A stretch of 64,000 nt of DNA from Schmidtea polychroa (Eukaryota): the NCBI GenBank assembly GCA_044892525.1, contig CM097885.1, forward strand, positions 140,306,001 through 140,370,000, read 5' to 3'. Within the stretch, counting starts at the first letter, position 1. Each line of letters starts with the position of its first letter. Below the pieces are notes generated by a model. That model was given only the letters and a program-made list of their open reading frames with translations. It was not told the origin of the DNA and made no database searches. This document shows positions 12,964-27,045 of this stretch, piece by piece. The position numbers and the translations under genes are program-made.

Positions 12964-13459
12964 TTACCAAGTTAGTTTTGAAAATGAAATCAAAAATGAA
13001 ATAAAATCCACGGGAAATAGCTAGCCCAAGCTGTTGACAATGCAAGTCATTTCAAATCAAGTAAAACAAATAAATAATTTACAGTGATTTTAAAATTGGC
13101 AATTCACATTTGAATTGAGTAAACAAGGTATGTGTCCAAATGGGGTGTCAACAGAAAATTCGTATATATACAGACTGATATTTCAGTCAAAACACCCCAA
13201 AAAATCATTTGCGAAGAAGAATTGCAAATTCAGTAATTGATATTGCAATATAAATTTGAGCATACAGATTTACATAACCGAGCTCAGGTAATAGCATTTA
13301 GAGACTATTAGCAAAGAAAACAAGACAAAAAGAGAACCCTATATAAAATTACATAATTGACTGTGTGAAAAGGTGAATATTTTATTTTGTAATATATCAT
13401 TATTGTTATCAAATAAAAGTCTTGAAAGAACCAGTGTTTGACTTATTTATTTATATAAG

Positions 13460-15330
13460 ATCATCAAGTTGAGATTCTTGGAACCTAAACAAAAGTAAAA
13501 TTGAGGCTATTAAATCATTTCAGAGGCCTAAGTGTATAAAGAATTTGAGAAGCTTTTAGGTATATGTAACTATTATCGGAGATTTATTAAGGAATATGCA
13601 ACAAAATCAAGAGCGCTAGAAAGCATATGTAGAAGCAATAGTGAAAAAAATAATCTGGACTGAGGAATGTGAGAAAGCTTTCGAAGAAATGAAAATGGCG
13701 TTGACTACAGCGCCAATTCTCGTATTTCCAGATTTCAAGAAAGAATTCATATTAGATACAGACGCAAGCTTTGATACAATTGAAGCTGTATTATCACAAA
13801 GAGATGAAATGGGGCATGAACACGTTATTGCATATGGATCCCATGCAATGAGTAGCCATGAAAGAGGATATTGTATAACACAAAAAGAGCTTTTGGTTAT
13901 ATATTATTTCTGTCGCCATTTCAACAATTATTTATACGGTAAACGGTTTGTTTTGCGCACTGATCATAAAGCACTTTTATGTTAACGACAAAGAAGCCTA
14001 TAACAGCACAGTTCCAAACGTGGATAAATTACTTGAGCAGTTTAGACATAAAAATGGAGTTCAGAAAAGGTACGGTGCATACGAATGCAGATATGCTGTC
14101 TAGAAATACATGCGGCAAATGTGTACAATGTTTGATGGACCATGATAACCCCAAATCAGGGCGATTAAAAACTAGATTGTTAACATTGATGACCGAAAAT
14201 AATGGAAATAAATGGCAATGAGATAATGCAGAAATACAAGATATAAAAGATCAAATAAATGAAAGGAAAAATAATAAATATATATTAAAAGGAAATATTA
14301 TCTATACCAATGAAAACAAAATATGGATACCAGAAACAAGAAGACGAGAAATGATTAAGGAAACACATTTATTATTATGCCACGCAGGAGTAGAAAAAGT
14401 TATGAAATATATTAGGAACAATTTTGATATGGAAGATTTGCTAAATGAAGTAAAAGAGACTATTTCAATATGTGAAGCATGTCAGAAAAATAAAGTTTTA
14501 ACTACAAGGTCAAAAGAAAAAACCCAAGTAATTCAAGCTTCAGAACCTATGGAGAAAATATACATGGATATTTGCGGTCCATTAAGAGAAACCTTCAGAG
14601 GAGAAAAATATATTTGTGCAATAATCGATCATTACAGTAAATACATATCTTAAACTCCTATTAGAAAGCAAGATGAAAATACAATAAAGGCAGTTTTGTT
14701 AAATAATTGAATATTGAAATTTGGAGCCCCTAAGGAACTACATGTTGATTGTGGAAAGAATTTCGAAGCAAATAGTATTAAAGAACTAGCAAAGGCAGCA
14801 GGAATTGAGTTGATATTTTCGAGTCCGTATCATCATAATACTAATGGCGTAATTGAAAGACAATTTTGTACTATAAGAGACTATATTAACGCGTCACTCA
14901 GAGAAGGAGTTAAAAAAAGCTGGGCAGAATTAATACCTGATATAGAATACGTTTTAAATGCGACAGCTCAAAAAACTACTGGAGTGAGTCCAGCAGAAAT
15001 TATATTTGGAAGAAAGATTAATAGATCGCTATGGCATAGTAATAATGAAGTGGATAGAAATGAAATCATGCGGAAATTAGAGGCTAAAAGACAGCAAGCG
15101 AAAGAAATTTGCACAACTAGGAACTTAGAAGTAGGGGACAAAGTATTGGTGAAACAAGAAATTAGAAACAAAGATCACGAGAGATATGAAGGACCATACA
15201 CAGTAATTAAACGAAATCATGAAAGAAGTTACTTATTAACAGACGAAAACGGGAGAAAAATAACGAGGAATATAGAGAAGTTAAAGCATTTTAAAGAAAG
15301 GGTTATAAAAATAAGGGTTATAAAAATAAA
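13460..15330 (+). pseudogene. Ty3/gypsy pol relic (RT end, RNase H, integrase)
   Basis: FILDTDASFDTIEAVLSQ, LRTDHKAL, HLLLCHAGV...CEAC, YMDICGPL, FSSPYHHNTNGVIER, YEGPY. Several stops and frameshifts. Confidence 0.92.
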
Positions 15331-15835
15331 TGCTTGAAGAAGATTTGAATTTAATTGCGCCTAACAATGGATATTAAGGGTATAAATGGATATTACACAG
15401 AATCTTGTGGCACAAAATTCGATTATTTAAACGGAGCATGTAGAATGTTGACTTTTACCATTTCAAGACATTGCATGAGAATGTACAAATTGGAAGCTCA
15501 TAAATGCTCAAAGTTGAAAAGAAAAGTTGATTTGAGATGTAATAAAATATACGAAACCGTTTCTGATTTTTGTGAGACTCCATTCAGTAAGAAAGAATTT
15601 GAAATAAATAACAAAAAAAATTTTATTTATAATTTATTTATAAAAGAAAATATGTTTCTAATAATTCATAAAGTTATTTTTAACATTTGACAAGTTTATT
15701 TTAGAAATGCAGTGAATTTAGAAAGTACCTGAATAATAATGTTGGTGTTACACCGTGTTAACTGTCGGGTCAATCAGGTAAGATTTGAGGGAAAGGTGTT
15801 GACCTACGAGTAGGTTGGGTCCGAATGGGTTTTTG

Positions 15836-16183
15836 CAGTGCTTTTTTTCTGGAAAAATAGGTGCCGGAACGTATCTGTAGTAAATTTATTTTAAAATTCA
15901 ATTTTTTGAAATTTTAAATATATTGATTATTTTACAATGTGAATTTACAACGCTGACGACAGGAAACGATTTTAATGACGTAATATATTATTGGCGTATA
16001 TTTACCGTGAGCGTGTTTTATATAATAGTAATAACACATAGAAAGCACGGAGTTATGATTCACTGGCTGTCAGAAAAAGAAATATGACAAAAAACCAAAA
16101 CATATGTCAATTTTTTAAAATCATTCAGCGAAAAAAGGTGCCGGAACGCCGCTCCGGAGCGTTCCGTCAGAATAAAAGCACTG
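15836..16183. mobile_element. MITE (CAGTG termini, hAT-like)
   Basis: TIRs CAGTGCTTTTTTTCTG / CAGAATAAAAGCACTG; subterminal aggtgccggaacg repeats; flanks GGTTTTTG / GGATTTTG (8-bp TSD with 1 mismatch). Confidence 0.85.
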
Positions 16184-16778
16184 GGATTTTGCAATGGGGA
16201 TCTTTTCCGAGGTCGATAGTGATTGGCCCATTGGCTAATGGGGTATGTATTAGCTGATCTCAGTCAAATTAGGTTCAATGGCGAGTGCCATTTAGGAGAC
16301 GGTGATGATACTATTGTTAGATAGGGTGTGATTGGTCAATAAATTTCAATAATTTTCAAATTTTAAATGTTATAATTAGTAACATGATTAATAAATTTCG
16401 TGAATTCTAATTACAAAAACTAACAATAAGATTCTAGATACATTTAAATATTCGGGATGATAGTATAGTAACTTTGAATTCTCTGGTTAACTAAATCTCA
16501 CATTACAAATTAGATAATTATCTTTAAATTAATAAAATAACATTTTTAACAATTCTCGATCTTTAAATAGTAATTTAATATTTGATAGTATGGTAGTAGT
16601 AACGGGGGAAAAATTAATTTACAATAAAAATAATCAATAAAATTTAAGTATTCAAAAAATTTAAACGTAATACTTTATAGCATTAGGAGGTAGGGGTTCA
16701 TTAATAGCATAGGGTCAGATAAGTAATAAATTGCATTAAAATTTTAGGTATTCATCCCTAGTATAGTATCATATAGGT

Positions 16779-16975
16779 CAGTGTTTCTCAAACTATGGGT
16801 CGCGAAAGAATTTTTGGTGGGTCGCGATGACTAGAATAACTAGAGTTAAATAGAGTTATTCTCATTAAATAAACATTTATTTTAAAATTAATCTTTGTCA
16901 TGTGGGTCGCAATAAAATTTTTGGCATGAAATGTCAAAAATTTGGGTCGTGATCAAAAAAGTTTGAGAACCACTG
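16779..16975. mobile_element. hAT-family MITE (197 bp), inverted copy of 7523-7719
   Basis: Same TIRs and internal sequence in reverse complement; 8-bp TSD ATATAGGT. Confidence 0.95.
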
Positions 16976-17148
16976 ATATAGGTAATAAATTATAATACAA
17001 ATTTAGAGGTGCGTCAATAGTATAGAGTCCTATATATAATAAAGTGTAATAAAAGTTATATATTCATCAATAGTATGGGACTATACGTATAATAATTTAT
17101 AAAAATTTATGGATTTATCAACAGTAGAATTTATGTATTCATCTATAG

Positions 17149-17215
17149 CAGGGGTGGGCAAAAGCCGGCCCACGGACCGTGTCCGGTCCTTTTGCTTATT
17201 TTATCCGGCCAATTG
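17149..17215 (+). mobile_element. One end of a hAT (Charlie/Buster-like) non-autonomous element
   Basis: caggggtgggcaaagccggcccacggaccgtgtccggtcc is a typical hAT terminus. The matching end was not found. Confidence 0.45.
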
Positions 17216-17565
17216 AAAAATCCCGCATGCAATTTTTAAAATCCCTTTTATGCGATTTTGTAGAAATCAACAGTATTAGTGTGCGTAGTGTACATATAAA
17301 TAATGAAAAATATAAATAATAGACAGTATTATAATTTCGAACAGCCATAATTGTTAAACATAAATTAAACATAATTTCATTAAAGTAACTACATCGGAAA
17401 TACATTATGATACTTAAGTGACGCATCTATAATTGGTTGTGCACACCAACCTGTATTATTGATGCGTTTGTTCACTGCAAACGGGTGTACTTTAATGTAT
17501 GCGGTATATGTATTTATTGTGTATTAACGGAAATTTATTTAATATATCCTTAAGTATAAAATCTA

Positions 17566-18875
17566 TTACCAGACAAAAAATGTCATTGACATTGGGCATC
17601 CTTGCTTAACTTCATTATTTATTTCTATTTCAATAGTGAGTTGCCCTTCACAATCATATTGTGTTTTGCAGTTGCTATATAGATCCTTAAACATTTTTAG
17701 TGTGTTGTTATTAATGCCTAATAGTGTCTGGCAAATTAGTGTATATGGTACACTGGCAAAAGCGTCCGCTAAGTCTAGCCATATTATCTTAATATATTTA
17801 TCCTTGCAAATTGTTCTTTCTTTAATAAGTGTAAACGTTATATTGTGTTCAGAACATCCATCAATTATGCCAATTGCTTTTTGGTTAATACTGACGTGGC
17901 CCACTATTTTTATTCATTCTAGAATTATATTGTTTATTATAGCAGAGAAATTCTATATGATGTATCTAATATTGCAAGGGGTCTCCATAAGAATATGTCG
18001 TAGCTGGTTTACTCTTAATGCGGTTTTATTATTAATTTAGTTTTGAAAAATTTCCGATTCTCAGGAGTTTTTATGTTTCTAATTATATTAATAAAGAGGG
18101 CACATAAAAATGTGAGGTCAGGGTCAATTATTCGCCAATCTCTGTAAGTTATTTTGTCAGTACCTGGTGCTGAATTTAAGTTAAATTTCTTAATATTGTT
18201 ACCTATTTCATTAATTGAGATTATCTCATTAGTTATTTGTTCTATGTTATAATTAGTTTTATTAACCTCAATAACTATTAGGGCTTTTTTAAAGTTTTCG
18301 GTAAATTTTTCACTAGCCGGTGGTTGAACTTGAGTAATATTAATAAATATTTTATTAATAGTAATTTTAGGCGTTTTATTATAATTATTTCTTAATTCGT
18401 AAATTAGTTCAACCTTTTTTATATTGTTCCTGATATTAATTATAAAATTAGGTTTTGGGTATTTATTTGGGAAAAGGGAAGTATCAAAGTCAAGATCTAC
18501 ATTATGTTTGTCATGTTGGTCATCTAGGTCAATTAGTTTTAGGTCTAATATAGACTCATTTAAATTAGTAATATTTCCTAGTTCATTTAATGGTTTTTTA
18601 TTTATAAAGTCCCATTTCCAAGGGAAGGATTCAGTAAAGTGTGGTCTTTTAGATGTACCTATATTGTGTTTTGCTAAAAGATTTTGGTTATTCATATTTA
18701 TTTCAGATATTTGGGTCGGTATTTGGGAGCTTGAATTAATTTTTGAATTTTGTTTATTCAGAAATATTGATTGTTTATTTGATCTTTTTTGGTTGTAGAG
18801 GTGGGGGGTGTTATCTATGTTAGTTTTATTTATAAGTAATTCGTATCTATTATTACCTATTCCCGGATTATTATT
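17566..18875 (-). pseudogene. R2/NeSL-like non-LTR retrotransposon RT, degraded (downstream part)
   Basis: SAPGTDKITY, WRPLAILDTSYRI, QKAIG..DGCSEHN, WLDLADAFASVP, VKQGCPMS. Truncated at 17566. Confidence 0.85.
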
Positions 18876-19063
18876 AGTAACATTTTCATTATAAGTCATT
18901 TAACTAACACGTTATTTTCAAATATACCTTTATTATAAAATCTGAATATTTAAACAATATATCAATTTAAATATCGTCACTCTCCCCTTCTTTAAGAACT
19001 GTGATACTCTTTCAGCCATTCAATTCTTCTGCATCTTTTCCCACCTGGATATTCTAGTTCAAC

Positions 19064-21845
19064 TTAGTGTTCCGTTGGAAAACCAAGGATCTTTACAGGA
19101 CCTTCGAACAAATTACCATGTTTTGATCTTTTATGTGGATCCATCTTTACTAGAACTCTTTGACCCACCTCAAAGTGCCGATGGCATTTCTTATCTACAT
19201 CTCTTGATCTCATTTTATCTGCCGCTACCATAACATTATCCTGTGCTGTCAATAATACTTTTTCTCGATTAAGATCTATGAATGAATTCTTTCCATGTAT
19301 ATTAACCTTTATTCCAAATAGTATTTCCATTGGCGAAAATCCCGTAGAATTCTGTGTTGTTGAGTTTAGGGAATATTCAATTTTTGGTATAATGTCGTCC
19401 CAACACCCTCCAGTTTGACCATCACTCACGAACTGTTCGTATTACCCGTTCTGCTAAACCATTAGACTTATGATCATATGGCGAAGTAAATATCCATTCG
19501 ATGTTAAAATTATCAACTAGCCCTTTAATTTGACTTCCCTCGAAAACCTTACCTCGATCCGAAACAATGAAAGCTGGTTTACCGAATTTGTATATCCAAT
19601 TGTGTAAAAGTACACCATATACAGTCTTTTCATTTTGGTTCGGAGTAGGCGTTAAACTAACAATCTTGCTGAACTGATCAATTATTACTACCAAATAACG
19701 GTTATGGTTTCTGGTTTCCTTCATATGAGCAATATCGATTACGATTTGTTACATCGAATTCATTATTACCCTAGGAATTAAATATTCAGCTGTTTTACTT
19801 GTCAAAACCTTCCTTCTATTGCATATATCACATCTTTTTATAATGTCTCGTATATCGGTTACCATGTGTATCCAAAAGAAATAATCGTTCATATAATTTG
19901 TTGTTTTCTTAACTCCTAAATGACAGAGTTCTTTGTGCATATGCTGTACGACTTGTGACGCTATCTTCTGCGGAATTATTATCTTCCGCTTATCATCATT
20001 TACTATTAAAAACATATTGTCTTTTACCAATATCTGATCCAATCTTTTGAAATAAGGTGAATCCCGAATCAAGTGAGGTATCTCGGGACTCGGGTTTATA
20101 ACTGACAACTCACTCAACCATGTTTGGAATTGTGGACTTATTGGTTTCGAAGTTGATTTTAAGAACTTTAAAGCCTTATGATCCGTACGTATATCAAAAT
20201 TTTTGCCATATAAATAATGCCGAAAATATAGGACATACTCGTATATTGCTAATAGTTCTTTTCTAGTTACACAGCATCCTTTCTCGTGAGCACTTAAAAG
20301 TCTTGAACCATATGCTATGACTTTTTCACAACCATTTTGAACTTGACTTAGAACAGCACCAATTCCACTAAAACACGCGTCAGTATCCAAAATAAAGTAA
20401 ACGACCTTATTTGGAAACGCCAAGATTGGTGCACTCGATAGTACCTGTTTAAGTTTTCGGAAACTTTCTTCACACTTGTCATTCCATTTAATATATTTTT
20501 CATGTCCCTTTGTAGCTTCATACAACGGTTTCGCTATTTCAGCAAATTTTGGAACAAATTTGCGATAATAATTTGCTAATCCCAAAAATGAACGTAGTTG
20601 TCTGCTGCATTTCGGTATTTCAACCTCAATAATTCTCTTTATCATATTGTTATTCGTGGATATTCCTTCTGCTGAAATTTTATGGCCCGAGAATATCAAT
20701 TCACACTTATAAAAACTACACTTCTTAGGATTGATCCTTAATCCTGCTGATTTAATTTGCTTGAAAACTTCCTCCAAATTTCTATTGTATTCTTCGATAG
20801 TTTTCCCATATATCAGAACATCATCTAAATATGCTGCAACACCGTTATACAAAATATTATCAAATAATATGTGCATAAGTCTTTGGAAAGTTGCTGGAGC
20901 AGTGGATAATCCAAATGGCATTCGATTGTAGCAAAACTGTCCTTTCTTTGTAGAAAACGCTGTTATTAACTGAGACGCTTCATCCACATGTACCTGATAA
21001 TATGCCTGCCCCAAGTCTAAGGACGAATAAACTGAAGATCCGGACAAAGAATCGAATATTATTTGAGGATCTGCCATTGGAAAACTGAATTTTTCAGTAA
21101 CTTCATTAACCTTCCTAAAATCTTGACACATCCTGATTGATCCGTCTTCCTTACCTACCACGACCGTAGGTGAGTTCCATGGGCTTTGGCATTTCCTGAT
21201 AATGCCCATTTTTAATAATTTCATAATCATATCGTCCACTTTTGATTCCATCTGCATTGCCATGCGCCTATGATTTTGAATAATTGGATTTCCAAAAGTT
21301 TTTATAGTATGTGTAACCAAAGTAGTACAACCTAGATCAAAATCTGATGCCATAAAGATCGTACTATACATGGTTACTAACTCCACAAGTTTTGGGTCTG
21401 AATTTGGTCCAAAAACATCCAGCGCTTTTTTACATCTTTCGGTATCACTGTAGCTAACACCAACCGTATCTGAATCTATTAATGCAATTGATGCATCTGG
21501 CACAAGTTTTATTTTAAAAGCTAAAATCAAATTCATTCCACCCACAAAACTTAGACTTAAATCCCTAACCACATTTACATTCACTTTCTGACACAATTCA
21601 TTCCAAACAATCGAAGTTGTAAAGTCACCTAAGCGATTATTTCCAAACACCCCCCTGAGCGCCATATCCACCGGTTTTAAAACTGGACTGCCACACTTCC
21701 TCCATATGGCCTCCGACATTACAGTAACCGACGCACCTGTATCCCACCACATCTCAATCACTATTCCACAACACTGAACAAAACTCCACCACCTTCCATC
21801 CGTCTTCTTGAACATCATAACATTTCGGTTTTCTGTGTTCTGCAC
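19064..21845 (-). pseudogene. Gypsy pol: protease, RT, RNase H, integrase (frameshifted in integrase)
   Basis: WDTGASVTV protease, SPWNSPTVVV..EDGSIRMCQDFRKVN, YLDDVLI, ILDTDACFSGIGAVL, IRTDHKAL, HKELCH...CDIC, TSPYDHKSNGLAER. Confidence 0.93.
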
Positions 21846-22003
21846 ATTTAATTAAACGACTCCACAGACGAAATGTTTGCTATGGAACGTATCTCGTTTA
21901 AAGGACGGTCTTTGTAATTTTTCCTATTACTTCCTGTAATCGATCCTATTTCATTTACTTCAGATTCTGACGTGACATCATTTTCAAGGTCTTCATACGA
22001 ATA

Positions 22004-22909
22004 AGTCAGATTTCATGCCAAATATTTTCAATAATATTTAGATCAGGGCTGTAAGGTGGCCATTTTAAAATGTCGATATTCGAATTACTGAAAAACTCAT
22101 GCGCTTCCTTAGAAATGTGAATTGGACAATTATCTTGTTGGAATATAAATTGTTGAGGCATATTTAATTTAATTATCGGAATTGCCTTTTCTTCTATTAA
22201 TGTGATATATTTCTTAGAATTTATTTTTCCTTTAAGCAATTCATAAGAGAGTAGACCATTTGGGAGAATCATGCCCCAAAGCATAATACCCGGAGATCTT
22301 ATGACCTTTTTTATTCGTCTAGGTGTTTGGTTATCTTTTATCCAACAATAGTACGAATCGCATCCTGCCAAAGTAAAGTATTTTTCGTCAGAAAAAACGA
22401 CATTATTCCATTGGACTCCGGAAATGAGAAATTCTTTAGCTGCCTCAAACCTTCGTTGTTTCATTTTATAAGATAATTTGAATTTTGATGGTACATTTTT
22501 GTAATTATAATTCATACTTCTTAAAACCCTGCAAATTGTGTGTTTTGATACATTTAATTGCATAGTCTTTTTAATATCAGTTGACGAACATTTAACTTTT
22601 TTAGTAAATGAATCATTTACTAATGCAAGGATACGTCGTTTGTCTCCTTTACTTAATTTCTCTTTAGGTCCATTCTTCTTCTTATTTCTGCCATCATTTT
22701 TAACCATATATTGGATAGTGGAACGCGAAATACCATATTTCTTAGAGATTTCGCCATATGACCTTCCATTAGATCTTTCCAACTTTATTTGTAACCGGAT
22801 TTCTTTTGAAAAGGTCTATAAAATATATATTAAATAAATATAAGTCTATTATAATATAAATTCATCAATAAGTCAAAATAATGGAAAATAACTATATAAC
22901 ATATAACTG
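22004..22909 (-). mobile_element. Tc1/mariner (DD34E) transposon, 3'-truncated
   Basis: ORF 22006-22782 has an HTH region, FSDEKYF, QQDNCPIH and WPPYSPDLNIIE, with 34 residues between the second D and E. A putative TA|CAGTT terminus is at 22909; the other TIR is absent. Confidence 0.9.
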
Positions 22910-23022
22910 TACGAAAATTCATGCTACAATTAATTCAAAATTACGCAATTTAATTTATAATATTAAAACAACTGGATATTTAATTATATAGTTAAGTTTA
23001 TTTAAGTTATTTAACTACGATT

Positions 23023-23680
23023 TCAACCCAATTTTAGCAAAATATATATTAAGAAAAAATTATTGACTGTACAAAAATTTATGATACGGGCTGTATCATC
23101 TGCCAATACAAATACCTCTCTGGTGTCTTCTGTATGTAAAATATTTTCAAAATTTACATTCAATTTCTTTATTTCTGTAAGAGATACTTCTGGGTTCATT
23201 GCAATTGCATCCTTAACTTTTTCTGAATACATACATCTTGTTACAATATCCTTGACAATCATGTCTTCTGTTTGATTTGCGAAAAGAACTTCGCGCACTA
23301 ATTTCCTCACTCTGATTACAAAATTTTCAAATCTTCGTCCGATCTCTGCTTTATCAGACTCATGTCTTCGATATTTTGCAAAAAACTTTTGAATTTCACA
23401 TATTTTAAAATATACCAACTTGTTATCTCGGAGTCTTTTGTGCGTCCTTAAAGGCCATCCATAACTCTTTTGCGTCTCCATGTAATAATAAATCGAATGC
23501 TGCTCCTAAATTGAGTGAATTTATCGTCACAAATTCTTCAATAGATACAAGCCAGTCCTTTGCATTTTCTTCTTTTTCTCCAAAAAACTTCTTTATCACT
23601 GGATAAATTGAATCTTGAATATTCTTTGGCAAAGATTCCACAATTTTCTTCCTTTGCCGTGATCTAGTCAGAACTGCGAT
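23023..23680 (-). pseudogene. Gypsy gag relic
   Basis: AKDWLVSIEEF and RFENFVIRVRKL fragments just after the PBS. The frame begins I-AVLTRSR (ATC in place of a likely ATG). Confidence 0.7.
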
Positions 23681-23801
23681 TTCGGCGTGGTCGCCAGTAA
23701 CATTTTCATTTTAAGTCATTTAACTAACACGTTATTTTCAAATATATATTTATTATAAAATCTGAATATTTAAACCATATATCAATTTAAATATCGTCAC
23801 T

Positions 23802-24154
23802 TTATTAATTACTACTCTTTTAATAGGGAGCTTAACAGTAGTGGTATTATCTAAGATATTTATTGGTTGATATTTATTGTTTCTTGGGTTAGGGTTGTTA
23901 TCAATATAGACTTTCTTATATACTGGTTTAGCATTTTTTGTATCTAAGTTAGTAGACGTGGTTTGGTTATTGGTAAGTGAAATATGTGAATTTGTTTGCA
24001 AAGATGAGGAGGAAGATGTTTGTGGAGTCGTAGGATTTTCTATAGTAGGATTTTCAGTGGTTTGACGAAAGATTAGCAATTTACGTGGTTTTAGTTGTGG
24101 TGCTGAATGACGTATATTTGGTGAATTTGACGTGATTTGATTAGAAGTGATCAA
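23802..24154 (-). pseudogene. Upstream part of the same non-LTR ORF, split off by the gypsy insertion
   Basis: Removing 18876-23801 and one TSD copy joins ...PIKRVVIN to NNPGIGNNRY... in frame. Confidence 0.75.
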
Positions 24155-25275
24155 GGTACGTGGTTTTGGTACTGGTGATGAGGTGGACGGTTGCGGTACT
24201 GGAGAAGCTAAAGGTGTAAATTTTTACCGTGGTTTGATCAAAGGTTTCCGGGTAAAGTGGTTCTGGTTGTGATGAAGAGGAAGAAGGTTGTAGCGCTGAT
24301 GGGGTTTGAGATGTTTGATTTTGAGATGGATAGTGATTGGAAGAAGTGAATGGTTTAAAGGAAGGTTGGTTGCATTTCATTTTATTTCCATTTATAAGTT
24401 TATTTAATATCGGAAAAAAATGAATATATTTGGTTAAATTTAATACTTAATATATAAAAATAATCTATAATAATATTAAAGCTTATGATTTTATTATTTC
24501 TATGCGATTGTCTATGTACATCAATAAAGAGATTATTTCTTAGGTTACTTAGATTTTTGATAAATCTTTCATTATTATTATTCTTATGTGTGTAGTAGGA
24601 ATATCCTAATTTGGTGGTGCCAAATGGTTATATTATATTCTGGTTTTAAAAATTTAATTAGTTTTATATAATCATTATTAACATCATTAAAAAATCAATA
24701 AATATTCCTCTGACGGTAAAATAATCATAATTATATAGTTTAATAAATTGAGATAATATATCCGCAAAAAATTCATTTCCTATTAAATTTAAATTTTTTA
24801 AGTAATTATTATTATTATATAATACTTAATATTACATTTTCTGTGAGTCGGCCGGAGGCCGGCGAGCTGCGCTTTGTGGTGAGTTGACACCATTAAAAAA
24901 TTATTTATGGGAGTTATAATATCTATTTTTTGAGAGGTGACATTCTCCGACGAGCTGCGTATAAAAAATTTTCTCATGCTTCATCGGGTATGAAAATAGT
25001 TTTATTATTTTTGAAATTGTTAAAATCATTTAAATCATTAAAATTGTTTTTATCAAAAAGGTAATTTTAGTTATATTTTTATTTTTAAAATTAATTTCAA
25101 TATAATTATTAAGTTTTCAAAATTGTCATTTTCATTTTTATCTATATCATTTTTATAAAAAGTTTCACTTTTTTAATATAATTATTATATAGGGGATTTA
25201 ATTTTGAAAATTTGTCTACATTTTTACTATTTTTAATATTTTTAACATTATAACATTGATTATTATTTAGATTAA

Positions 25276-26400
25276 TGTTAATCATGTGATTTCTATACGG
25301 GTCCTAGAGTGCCGATAGAAGGTCTTACTTCTCACTGATCAGACGATTGTCTTCCAACTGGTCCTGGCTGGAGAATTCAAATCAAGGGTTAACATTACCT
25401 CACTATCGTACTGGTCATCTGAGGAAAAGTTACAATAATTCATCAATAGGTCAAACTAAATTATATTCAGTCAACAACATTCGAAAAAACGTTTATTTTC
25501 GATTTATCATTATATAATATCATACACACTTTAAAAATTGTCAAATGCCTAGTTACCATATCCGTCAGTACAGTTCGACAATAGGATTAGAAGAGAGAAC
25601 TCATTAGATCAGGTCCGTTGTAGAAGATTTCCAAAATGCACTATCCTCTTCTTCCTTTAGTAACTGGTTGAAGTCGAAATCTACTTGACCCTCCTCCATC
25701 CATGGTGTACCGAAAGATGGTACCATTAGTGTTTTGCAGCTTCTAACGCAGAAATAAGCTCGGTGGCCGCTTTAGCGTTGATAGCGATGAGGGCGGCTTC
25801 CGATTCCGCTTGCTTATCTCGGCGACGTTGAGTCCGCTCCGCCCGAGTGCGAGATTTTTGCTTCGGATTTTCAGATGAGATTGTTGGAGCGGGAGCCGTG
25901 ACAGGCACAACAGTGACAACTTGGGTCCCACTAGTGCCGAGATAAATTACATCAGAGGCTGGCGACGCAATTGTACTTCCTCCATGTCCTCAACACTTAG
26001 ATTGTTTCGGTGAGCTAGGACCTTCAGGAAAATGGTGGCTGGGGAAAATGTTTACTCGATCTTCGGCAGGACATTCCGCTATACGCTTACGGAGTACGGA
26101 ATTTGTGTAGATCTTGTGGAGAATTTTTGACTGCTCTTTGATGAGGATACCCTGAGAGCGATTTTCCTGCAACAGGCTGTCCCTGCAGTGCTCCAGACGG
26201 AGCACTTTCTTTGTAACTTCTTTCATTTGGACGGGGATGAATCTGGTCCCCTACAGATGATCAATACGCTTCTTTAAATGTCCTATTTCAATCTGCATCA
26301 TACGCATTGACGTGTTTTTATCTGCACAAGAGAAGCATGGTAGAACAGTTGATTTTGGTGTGTTTGGTCTTGTCATCTCTAAATTAGACTATTAAAAAAT
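25276..26400 (-). mobile_element. 3' fragment of a gene-carrying long LTR with a pseudogenised CFSCxDKN ORF (26376 to ~25590)
   Basis: Acceptor tctaatttag|agATG. ORF homologous to 47419-48168 with an in-frame TAG and frameshifts. AATAAA near 25495, GCCGATAGAAGG at 25311, candidate ...TAACA end at 25276. Confidence 0.7.
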
Positions 26401-27045
26401 ATTATTACACCTATGTAGTTCACAGACTGCAACACTCACAAAAGCGTTATAAATCTCATACCAAACACATTTGCACAATTATTTTCACAAATTTTATTTG
26501 GCGGGTGGGAAAAGTTAGTCGGGGATGACAACGCGATTTTAATTATTATTGTTCCAATTAGGTAAAAGATTTAGGTAAAGATTCTATGATAGTTATAAAA
26601 GAGAATATTACTGTTTGATAGAACGTAATGAACTATTGTTCAGGATAGCTAAATAAAAATTTACAAAGAAATAAATAAAATTACCTGGGGGAAGATCACC
26701 ATGACAAACGGGACGATCTATTAGAACTCAGAAAAGTAAACGGAAGTAAAAAGAAATTAAAAATGAGAAAGATAAAGGAAATAAAAGGAATCAAACAGGC
26801 AAATGAAAACCAAGGTCAGTACTAATTAATTAGTGCAAAAAGGAAAGGGAATTTTGAAATCGGGGGAAAAGGAAAACAACAATATCCTTATCTCGACAGC
26901 TTGCCAGTGATAACAGAATTGATGGTAGAAGGTGGTCAAACAAAAAAGGGAACCAGGGAAAATAACTTGACAGCTGTCAGAGATAAAATGGGACAGTCGA
27001 GGAAAGCAGGAGAAGGAAAATGGAAAATCACTTGATAATCTAGAG

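Larger units (their letters stand above)
18876..23801 (-). mobile_element. Full-length (defective) Ty3/gypsy LTR retrotransposon with 106-bp LTRs
   Basis: Direct repeats 18876-18981 and 23696-23801 (about 4 differences) with AGT...ACT termini on the minus strand. PBS TGGCGACCACG follows the 5' LTR and PPT aaagaaggggag precedes the 3' LTR. 5-bp TSD TTATT. Confidence 0.95.

Noticed and set aside
15355-15690. 111-aa ORF, possible transposase remnant
   Set aside because: No diagnostic motif, and it begins at a non-ATG start.
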